DNA of 24,000 nucleotides. Origin: an uncultured Clostridia bacterium. GTDB taxonomy: Bacteria > Bacillota > Clostridia > Christensenellales > UBA1242. Location of the stretch: positions 5,656 to 29,655 of the forward strand of contig CAMENR010000001.1 of NCBI GenBank assembly GCA_945928645.1, read 5' to 3'. Shown in pieces: positions 7,762 to 14,470 of this stretch; the stretch's first letter is position 1, and each line of letters begins with the position of its first letter. Position numbers and translations under genes: made by a program. The notes beneath the pieces are model-generated. The model was not told the DNA's origin and searched no databases. It saw only the letters and a program-made list of their open reading frames with translations.

Positions 7762-8940
7762 ATGTTAAGAACTCTCAGTGTGACAGAATTGTCCACATAT
7801 GTATCTAATATTTTTGAAATGGAAGAACTTCTACATGGGGTAAGCGTTGTAGGAGAAGTTTCTGGATTAAGTTTCGTAAGGGGAAACTTATTTTTTTCGT
7901 TAAAAGACGAAAACTCTATCTTGCCATGTGTTATGTTTGGGGTGAATGGGTGTAATATAAAAGAGGGAGATAGCGTCGTTGCAAAGGGTAGTGTAAAATA
8001 TTATGGCAAGAGTGGAAAGTTAAATTTCTATGTAAATGCTGTTGCTCCTGCTGGGAATGGTGTTCTTTATCAAAAATTTTTGGAAATGAAGGAAAAACTG
8101 GAAAAAGAAGGAATTTTTGATAAAAAATATAAGAAACCTCTCCCCAAAAATATAAAAACTATTGGAGTTGTTACTAGCGCCACAGGAGCAGTTTTGCATG
8201 ATATAGAACGGGTTGCTCATAGACGAAATCCGTTGCTTAATATTATTGTTTACCCCGCAAAAGTGCAAGGGGTTGGCGCTGAGCAAACCATATGCAGAGG
8301 GCTAAGACATCTTGATAAAATGGAAGAAGTTGATGTTATTGTTATTGCTCGTGGTGGTGGGTCGATAGAGGATTTATCTCCTTTTAACACCGAACTCCTT
8401 GCAAGAGAAATTGTGGCAACAAGCAAGCCTGTTGTATCTGCAGTGGGGCACGAAACAGACTTTACGATATGTGATTTTGCATCATCTATTAGGGCTGCTA
8501 CACCGTCAGAGTCGGCAGAACTCATCGCAAGAGATGTTATGGAAGATGTTAGAAAGATTAAAAGTTTATTGGACAGGGTTGTTTATTTATCATTTAATAT
8601 TCTGGAAGATAAATTTAAGTTTATAGATACAAATGTTGTTAGAGTCTGGGATTTGTTTGACAAAAAAACAAAATTGGCAGATAAACAACTAAGCAAAGTG
8701 GTGGCAAAATTAAATTCGGTAAAACGTTTTGACAAAATTGCTCAAAAGGTAGAAATTTTGAGCAACAAACTTATGTTGCTAGATCCCAATATTTATGTCA
8801 AACATGGCTGGGTTAAGGTTACAAAAGGAGGCAAAGTTGCAAAATCTGCTGGCAGTATAAAGGTTGGACAAGAAGTCAATATTGAGTTTGCAGATGGGCA
8901 AATATTGTCTAAAGTTTTGGAGGTTAAAAATGAATTTTGA
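7762..8940 (+). CDS. xseA: Exodeoxyribonuclease VII large subunit
   Basis: About 392 aa with an N-terminal OB-fold region (LSVTELSTYVSNIFE...VSVVGEVSG), the catalytic core IGVVTSATGAVLHDI...ARGGGSIEDLSPFN...VSAVGHETDFTI, and a coiled-coil C-terminus. ATG 7762 is preferred over the track start GTG 7756. Confidence 0.95.
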   Translation: MLRTLSVTELSTYVSNIFEMEELLHGVSVVGEVSGLSFVRGNLFFSLKDENSILPCVMFGVNGCNIKEGDSVVAKGSVKYYGKSGKLNFYVNAVAPAGNGVLYQKFLEMKEKLEKEGIFDKKYKKPLPKNIKTIGVVTSATGAVLHDIERVAHRRNPLLNIIVYPAKVQGVGAEQTICRGLRHLDKMEEVDVIVIARGGGSIEDLSPFNTELLAREIVATSKPVVSAVGHETDFTICDFASSIRAATPSESAELIARDVMEDVRKIKSLLDRVVYLSFNILEDKFKFIDTNVVRVWDLFDKKTKLADKQLSKVVAKLNSVKRFDKIAQKVEILSNKLMLLDPNIYVKHGWVKVTKGGKVAKSAGSIKVGQEVNIEFADGQILSKVLEVKNEF

Positions 8941-9130
8941 GGAAAAGTGCGATAGATTGCAGGAAATTGTAAAAAGTTTGGAGAAGGGCGAGGTTGGGCT
9001 AAAAGATGCTACAAAACTTTTTGAAGAAGGGGTAAATATTGCAAAGGGTTGCCAAAAAGAGTTGGAAGAATGTAGGGGGAAACTAACAATTTTGAAAAAT
9101 GAACTTGACTCTTTTGAGGATGAAGAATAG
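8930..9130 (+). CDS. xseB: Exodeoxyribonuclease VII small subunit
   Basis: 66 aa: MNFEEKCDRLQEIVKSLEKGEVGLKDATKLFEEGVNIAKGCQKELEECRGKLTIL. ATG 8930 overlaps the xseA stop by 11 nt. The 88-aa version in the track is an upstream extension running inside xseA. Confidence 0.9.
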   Translation: MNFEEKCDRLQEIVKSLEKGEVGLKDATKLFEEGVNIAKGCQKELEECRGKLTILKNELDSFEDEE

Positions 9131-9156
9131 AATATAAAAAGTGAAGGAAGATTAAG

Positions 9157-10857
9157 ATGAAAGTTAGCAAATTGGTTGCAGAAAGAACAAAAGAAACTCC
9201 AAGTGATGCAAAGATGAAAAATCATATCTTACTAATTAGGGCTGGATATATGAAACAGGTGGCAAACGGAATTTGGACACTTACAGCGCTTGGGCAAAAA
9301 GCATGCAATAATATAGAGAATATTATCCGAGATGAAATGAACAAAATAGACGGACAAGAGGTCAAATTCCCGGTAGTAATGCCAAAAGAGTTGTGGGATA
9401 TGAGTGGTAGATATTCCTCCATAGGCAGTGAAATGGTTAGGTTTGTAGACAGAACAGGTCATCCACTTCTTTTGGGTATGACACACGAGGAAGCGGCTGT
9501 TCACCTTGCTAAAAATTGGGTAAAAAGTTATACTCAGTTACCTTGTATGATTTATCAAATTCAAACCAAATTTCGTGATGAGGCAAGGAGTAGAGGTGGG
9601 CTTATCCGTGTGAGAGAGTTCGTGATGAAGGACGCATATTCGTTTCATACTTCACAAGAAGGTTTGGAAGAATATTATTACAAAGTGCATAAATCTTATG
9701 AAAATATTTATCACAGAATTGGGTTGAAGAATTTTATCTCAGTAAAGAGTGATAATGGAATGTTTGGTGGAAATATGTCGCATGAGTTTATGTTTATAAA
9801 TGACATGGGCGAAGATGAACTAGTTATATGCGAACATTGTGCTTATAGGGCAAATCAAGAGGTGGCCGATTGCGTGTATGGAGAAGCAAAATTAGAAGAT
9901 AAACTCCCTCTGGAACTTGTTGATACAGGCGAAGCAAAAACTATTGAAGAAGTCAGCAAATTCTTTGGTGTAGATAGTAGCAAATGTATCAAAGCAGTTG
10001 CTTATGCCATAAAGGGTGAAAGTGGGTATGTGTTGGCGTTTGTTCGTGGGGACAAGGAGGTTAATGAAACAAAACTCAGAAAACTGGTTGGCAAGGAGGT
10101 TGTGCCATTTGAAGCAAGGGAACAAGATGGTTTTGTGGCAGGGAATATTGGACCAAAAGACCTGAATATCGCAAACTGTGAAGTTTATTATGATAATAGC
10201 CTAAAGAATATTTCAAACGCAATTATCGGAGCAAACAAACCAAATTATCATTATAAAAATTTCAATTTTGAAAGAGATATGAGTGATGTTCAGTTTGCTG
10301 ATATTTCTAAAGTAAAAGAAGGAGAGATTTGCCCAATTTGTGGCGGGCATGTAGTTGTTAAACATGGCATAGAAATAGGTAATATCTTCCAACTTGGCAC
10401 AAAATATACCAAGAGTATGGGTATGTTTGTGCATAGCAAAGATGGGCAGGAAATCAATCCTATTATGGGTTGCTATGGCATAGGAGTAGGTAGAAACCTT
10501 GCTTGTGTTGTAGAAGAGAATAGTGATGATAGGGGTATTTGTATGCCTATGAGCATTGCTCCTTACAAGGTTAATATTGTGCCATTGAGATATGATGACA
10601 GTGAGGTAAAAGAAGTTGCTGATAGTTTGTATCAAACACTTATATCTGCTGGGATTGAAACATTGATTGATGACCGAGATTGCGCCCCTGGTGTAAAATT
10701 TGCAGATGCTGACCTTATTGGTATGCCAATAAGAGTGGTTGTTAGCCCTCGTGGTCTTGCAGATGGAAATGTAGAAATAAAACTTCGCAAAAGTGGGGAA
10801 ACAGTTGTTGTATCTAAAGATAAATGTATTGATAATATAATGCAACTTATCAAATAG
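9157..10857 (+). CDS. proS: Prolyl-tRNA synthetase, bacterial type with inserted editing (INS) domain
   Basis: 566 aa with class II aaRS motifs (...FRDEARSRGGLIRVREFVMKDAYSF...; ...GCYGIGVGRNLA...) and a C-terminal anticodon-binding domain. SD GAAGGAAG lies at 9142-9149. The gene starts only 26 nt after xseB. Confidence 0.96.
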   Translation: MKVSKLVAERTKETPSDAKMKNHILLIRAGYMKQVANGIWTLTALGQKACNNIENIIRDEMNKIDGQEVKFPVVMPKELWDMSGRYSSIGSEMVRFVDRTGHPLLLGMTHEEAAVHLAKNWVKSYTQLPCMIYQIQTKFRDEARSRGGLIRVREFVMKDAYSFHTSQEGLEEYYYKVHKSYENIYHRIGLKNFISVKSDNGMFGGNMSHEFMFINDMGEDELVICEHCAYRANQEVADCVYGEAKLEDKLPLELVDTGEAKTIEEVSKFFGVDSSKCIKAVAYAIKGESGYVLAFVRGDKEVNETKLRKLVGKEVVPFEAREQDGFVAGNIGPKDLNIANCEVYYDNSLKNISNAIIGANKPNYHYKNFNFERDMSDVQFADISKVKEGEICPICGGHVVVKHGIEIGNIFQLGTKYTKSMGMFVHSKDGQEINPIMGCYGIGVGRNLACVVEENSDDRGICMPMSIAPYKVNIVPLRYDDSEVKEVADSLYQTLISAGIETLIDDRDCAPGVKFADADLIGMPIRVVVSPRGLADGNVEIKLRKSGETVVVSKDKCIDNIMQLIK

Positions 10858-10878
10858 TCAAAGCAACATTTTATATGC

Positions 10879-10909
10879 AAAAATCGGTCAATAATGACCG
10901 ATTTTTTTC
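10879..10909 (+). terminator. Rho-independent terminator after proS
   Basis: AAAAATCGGTCA (10879-10890) pairs perfectly with TGACCGATTTTT (10895-10906) across the loop ATAA. The T-run extends to 10908. The flanking A-run and T-run make it potentially bidirectional. Confidence 0.85.
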
Positions 10910-10938
10910 TAAATTCAATTCATATTGAATATACATAT

Positions 10939-11562
10939 ATGATGAGAAAAGTTGTATTTGAAAAAGATGACGGAAAAAGAAAAACAGGAGTGCTGTCTAG
11001 TTCTAGGGGTAAATGGTTGTGGGTTACAAAGATAAGCCTGTTAGCCTTTTCTATTTCGCTTTTTTTAAGTTTATTGTCTAGCCTTGTATTAGAAAAAAGT
11101 GGGCTTATTATAGCAATACTCCTATTACTTATCTTTATGTCGCTGAATGTTTTGTCCGATATGGTGGGGTTGGCAATAACGTCATGTCAGATAGAATCAT
11201 TAAAGAAGATAGACAACCTTGAAGTGCAAAAAAAATGTCTTATGTTAGTGAGAAACAGTGATAAGGTGTCGTCAATTTTGTGTGATGTGATTGGAGATAT
11301 TTGTGGGATATTATGTGGTGTAAGTGGGACTATTGTTACGGCATATTGCATTGTAAGGATAGAAATAGTTAGCCTTGAAATATTTGTTGGGGCGGGGGTG
11401 AGTGCTATTATTGCTGGGCTAACTGTTTTGTTTAAAGCTATATCCAAAAATTATGCAGTCAAAAACTCCGAAAAAATAGTTAAAAAAGTTGGAGCATTTC
11501 TTTGTCTAAAAAAGCGAAAAGCAAAAATGAAACAAGGGAATTGCTCCAATGAAAAGAAATGA
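10939..11562 (+). CDS. Small polytopic membrane protein of unknown function, possibly a CNNM/DUF21-like transmembrane module alone
   Basis: About 207 aa with roughly 4 hydrophobic helices and a lysine-rich tail. The track start ATG 10894 lies inside the proS terminator hairpin, so I prefer ATG 10939 (MMRKVVFEK...). No SD precedes either start. The family assignment is inferred from a motif pattern only (see findings). Confidence 0.6.
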   Translation: MMRKVVFEKDDGKRKTGVLSSSRGKWLWVTKISLLAFSISLFLSLLSSLVLEKSGLIIAILLLLIFMSLNVLSDMVGLAITSCQIESLKKIDNLEVQKKCLMLVRNSDKVSSILCDVIGDICGILCGVSGTIVTAYCIVRIEIVSLEIFVGAGVSAIIAGLTVLFKAISKNYAVKNSEKIVKKVGAFLCLKKRKAKMKQGNCSNEKK

Positions 11563-11735
11563 ATAATGTCAATTCTACAAATTGGAGAGTTTGTGATATA
11601 AGAGAACAAATGTTGATTATACAAAGTCATTTTTGATTGCATATTTGATTTTGCAGAATGACTAAAAGTATGATTATAAGCGAAGAATATTGTTTTAACT
11701 GTCTATGCAATTTGCTTTTTATTATTATAAATAAT

Positions 11736-11798
11736 TATGCATAAATATAAAAATGGGCGTGAATAAATATTCAAAAATCACTTGCATAAATATAAAAA
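11736..11798 (+). promoter_or_regulatory. Three phased ARG-box-like operators (putative ArgR autoregulation)
   Basis: The central site CGTGAATAAATATTCAAA (11758-11775) matches the ARG-box consensus TNTGAATWWWWATTCANW at 15 of 16 specified positions. It is flanked by an exact 16-nt direct repeat TGCATAAATATAAAAA at 11738-11753 and 11783-11798. Each repeat copy is a weaker box (13/16 and 12/16 when read as 18-mers). Centre-to-centre spacing is 22 and 23 bp. Confidence 0.55.
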
Positions 11799-11809
11799 AT
11801 ATGTATAAT
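11782..11809 (+). promoter_or_regulatory. Candidate sigma-A promoter of argR
   Basis: -35 TTGCAT (11782-11787), a 16-nt spacer, and an extended -10 TGTATAAT (TATAAT at 11804-11809). It lies about 40 nt upstream of the argR start. The -35 element sits inside the third ARG-box-like site. Confidence 0.5.
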
Positions 11810-11849
11810 TGTTCGTGCAACAATGAATAAGCATCAAGGAGGACTTTGT

Positions 11850-12305
11850 ATGGCACGAAGCAGTAGGCAGTCAAAAATATTGGAGATTATATCAACAAAT
11901 GAGATTGAAACTCAGGAAGACCTTGTAGCAAGACTTAGGGCTTGCAATTTTGATGTAACTCAAGCAACTATCAGTAGGGATATAAAAGAACTGGGCTTGA
12001 TCAAAACTCTTTCTACTGAAAGTGGTAAATACAAATATTCCTACACAGATTCCACAACCCAAACTTCCAACAAATATATCTATATGCTAAAAGAGTCCGT
12101 TATCTCCTCTCGCACAATTAAGAACTTTGTCCTTATCAAAACACTAAAGGGATTGGCAAATGGGATATGCAGTGTGGTAAATAGGTTGAACATAGAAGAC
12201 TTGCTCGGTGCTACATATGGAGAAGATACTGTTATGCTTATTTTTGAAGATAATGCCACGGCCGAATATTCTCGTGCAAAACTTGACGCCATTATCAACT
12301 CTTAA
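11850..12305 (+). CDS. argR: Arginine repressor ArgR/AhrC
   Basis: 151 aa. A winged-helix N-terminus (SRQSKILEIISTNEIETQEDLVARLRACNFDVTQATISRDIKELGLIK) and a C-terminal oligomerisation/arginine-binding motif (GATYGEDTVMLIF, compare GTIxGDDT). SD AAGGAGGA at 11836-11843 precedes ATG 11850. The track start at 11823 is an upstream extension. Confidence 0.93.
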   Translation: MARSSRQSKILEIISTNEIETQEDLVARLRACNFDVTQATISRDIKELGLIKTLSTESGKYKYSYTDSTTQTSNKYIYMLKESVISSRTIKNFVLIKTLKGLANGICSVVNRLNIEDLLGATYGEDTVMLIFEDNATAEYSRAKLDAIINS

Positions 12306-12422
12306 TTTTTTGAGTGTAGTTTTTCTTCTATTATTTTGCTAATTTTAGGTTTAGTTTCACAGCAAATTTTTTAGATTCTAAGTTAAATATATTTCTTTCT
12401 ATCAAATATTTTTGTTTTATTT

Positions 12423-12446
12423 ACCAGATGAAAGTCTGGTTTTTTA
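12423..12446 (+). terminator. Possible weak terminator after argR
   Basis: ACCAGA (12423-12428) pairs with TCTGGT (12435-12440) across a 6-nt loop. TTTTTT follows. The stem is short. Confidence 0.4.
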
Positions 12447-12500
12447 TTTATTTGACTTGTCATTTTTTTGTTTTTGTGGTAACATTTTGTTGGAGAAAAT

Positions 12501-14198
12501 ATGTTAAGAACTTTGGATATTGAAAACGTTGCTCTCATAGACCACTTAACACTGGAACTTGGCTCGGGGCTAAACGTTCTTAGTGGCGAAACAGGAGCCG
12601 GCAAAAGTATTATTATAGATTCTTTGAATTTTGTTTTGGGAGGGAAGGCAGACAAACATCTTATTTCTCAAGGCAAAGATTTTATGCGAGTGTCAGCGTT
12701 GTTTGAGGGAGATTTATCTCAGGCTCTGAGGGCAGAAATGTTGGCTCAGGGGTTTGATGATTGCGAGCAGATAGTCATTTCCCGAAAGTTTGCTAATGAC
12801 GGTAGGGGTGATATAAGAATAAATGGCACTCCTGTTACACAATCTATGTTAAAGGACATTACTTCACTTTTGGTGGATATCCATGGGCAACATGAGCATC
12901 AACATCTCCTTAAGGATAAATTTCACCTAGAAATAATAGATGGTTTTGTCAAAGATAAAAATTTGCTTGATCAATACACTGGTTTTCTGCTAGAGTTGAA
13001 ACAGTTGAACACAAAGATAGCCAAACTTAATGGTTCAACTGACAATCAGGAAAGATTGCTCGACCTTTTGGATTATCAGATAAAGGAAATCGAATCGGCG
13101 AATTTGAAGTTGGGAGAAGATGAGGAGTTGGCGAACAAAAAACTTGTTATGCAAAACTCTGAAAAAATCTACGAAGCGCTGAATAGTTGCTATGAATTGC
13201 TGGATAACAGTGTTGATAGTGTAAAAAAAGCCCATTCTTCACTTAATTCCATTGCAAGATATGACGGGGAATTTCCTTCGCTTGCCGAAAGGTTACAAAG
13301 TGTCAAATTTGAAGTTATGGATGTTGCAAATACCGTTAAGGATAAAAAGCAAGAATGTTCATTTGACCAATACGAATTTGACAGAATTGACGAGAGATTG
13401 GACAAAATCAAAACAATCAAACGAAAATATGGGGCAACTATTGAGGAGGTCTTGCAGTTTTTGGACAAATGCAAGTTGGATTATGACGAAATCGTTTCTA
13501 GCAAAGATATCCTAAAAAACCTCCTTGCCAAGAAAGAATCCTTGCTTGAAAAACTTGTGCTAGAATCTCAAAAGATAAGTTTTGAAAGACGGAAAGTCGC
13601 TAGGGAATTTGAAAATAGAGTGATAAGCGAACTGGCAGATTTGGGGATGAAAAATGCAAGATTTGTTGTGGATTTTGAAGATAACCCAACCCTGCAAAAC
13701 ATAGAAGCCCGACTCAAAGGCAGTGGAACTGATGTTGTGAAATTTATGTTTTCTGCAAATATGGGCCAAAACCTCAAACCATTAGCAGAAATAATTTCTG
13801 GTGGCGAAGCGAGTAGGTTTATGTTGGCACTGAAGAATATTCTTGCCGAAAACGACCAAATTAGCCTTATGGTTTTTGATGAGATAGACACCGGTATAAG
13901 TGGGGAAATGGGTTATATGGTCGCTTGCAAGTTGGCAAATATCTCCGCAAAGCATCAAGTAGTGTCTGTGTCGCATTTGCCACAAATTTGTGCAATGGCC
14001 GACAGGAATATCAAAGTGGAAAAATTTACCCAAGATGGCAAAACTTGTGTAAAAGCTCTTGTATTAACCGAAAATGAAGCATTGCAAGAGATTGCAAGGT
14101 TGTCAGGTGGTGCAAAGCAAAGTGAGGCGTCTGCAAAACACGCAATGGAACTTCGCAATAGGTGCAATACCTATAAGAATGTTGAAATTAAAAAATAG
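12501..14198 (+). CDS. recN: DNA repair protein RecN (SMC-like ATPase)
   Basis: 565 aa with Walker A GETGAGKS, a long central coiled coil, the ABC signature ISGGEASR and Walker B LMVFDEIDTGISG. SD GGAG lies at 12492-12495. Confidence 0.96.
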   Translation: MLRTLDIENVALIDHLTLELGSGLNVLSGETGAGKSIIIDSLNFVLGGKADKHLISQGKDFMRVSALFEGDLSQALRAEMLAQGFDDCEQIVISRKFANDGRGDIRINGTPVTQSMLKDITSLLVDIHGQHEHQHLLKDKFHLEIIDGFVKDKNLLDQYTGFLLELKQLNTKIAKLNGSTDNQERLLDLLDYQIKEIESANLKLGEDEELANKKLVMQNSEKIYEALNSCYELLDNSVDSVKKAHSSLNSIARYDGEFPSLAERLQSVKFEVMDVANTVKDKKQECSFDQYEFDRIDERLDKIKTIKRKYGATIEEVLQFLDKCKLDYDEIVSSKDILKNLLAKKESLLEKLVLESQKISFERRKVAREFENRVISELADLGMKNARFVVDFEDNPTLQNIEARLKGSGTDVVKFMFSANMGQNLKPLAEIISGGEASRFMLALKNILAENDQISLMVFDEIDTGISGEMGYMVACKLANISAKHQVVSVSHLPQICAMADRNIKVEKFTQDGKTCVKALVLTENEALQEIARLSGGAKQSEASAKHAMELRNRCNTYKNVEIKK

Positions 14199-14247
14199 TG
14201 TTGAAATAAACAACACACAATATGCTTGTTTTGCTAAAACAACAAAA

Positions 14248-14423
14248 AGTAATAATGTAGCCTATATTGAAATTGTAGCAAAGAACAATAACATAATTTA
14301 TTTAGAAAATATAACAAGAAGCAATAGCATAATTCATTTAGAAAATATGGCAGTAATAACATAATTTGTTTTAGTATTTGAAAATAAAAAAAGTAATAAT
14401 AAACTTTATTTTGAAAACAAATC
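14248..14423. repeat. Five degenerate tandem repeats of about 36 bp in the recN / surface-protein intergenic region
   Basis: Units start at 14248, 14284, 14320, 14352 and 14392, giving periods of 36, 36, 32 and 40 bp. The core is AGYAATAAYATAATTYATTTAGAAAAT. Units 2 and 3 share 26 of 29 core positions (AACAATAACATAATTTATTTAGAAAATAT versus AGCAATAGCATAATTCATTTAGAAAATAT). Confidence 0.8.
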
Positions 14424-14470
14424 AAAGCAAATAAAAAGGGAAAGATATTTAGATAAAAGGAGAGGGCTTT

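Noticed and set aside
8399-8626. Same-strand alternative-frame ORFs nested in known genes: 8399-8626 in xseA, 13252-13515 in recN and 21028-21219 in gerW.
   Set aside because: They lie wholly inside well-supported genes in another frame, have no SD, and show no recognisable motifs. I treat them as chance ORFs.
9131-9156. A T-box or other leader upstream of proS.
   Set aside because: Only 26 nt separate xseB and proS, and an SD occupies them. No specifier or T-box sequence can fit, so this is reported as an absence under findings.
10213-10845. Long minus-strand ORFs in the track (210 aa here; also 826-1314, 5071-5526, 8779-9225, 22136-22576, 23197-23550 and many shorter ones).
   Set aside because: Each lies entirely antisense to a + strand gene with unmistakable homology (proS, efp, spoIIIAF, xseA/xseB, the carboxypeptidase/rluB, the flavoprotein). 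Their translations are low-complexity and rich in I, F, N, Y and K, as expected from the antisense of AT-rich coding DNA. They lack SD sequences. I treat them as shadow ORFs.
12480-12492. A possible LexA (Cheo-type GAAC-N4-GTTC) SOS box in front of recN: TAACATTTTGTTG.
   Set aside because: The half-sites are degenerate (TAAC and GTTG) and the spacer is 5 nt rather than 4. The sequence also overlaps the SD region. That is not enough to call an SOS operator.
14074-14364. A 96-aa + strand ORF running from inside recN through the tandem repeats. It gives a 12-aa periodic peptide (NNIIYLENITRS / NSIIHLENMAVI).
   Set aside because: It starts out of frame within the recN coding region, has no SD, and stays open only because the 36-bp repeat period is a multiple of 3. 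A decayed remnant of a repeat-protein gene cannot be excluded, but there is no support for a live gene.
14248-14423. Reading the ~36-bp repeats as a CRISPR array.
   Set aside because: The units are directly adjacent with no unique spacers between them. They are degenerate rather than identical and very AT-rich, and no cas genes are nearby. They are tandem repeats, not CRISPR.
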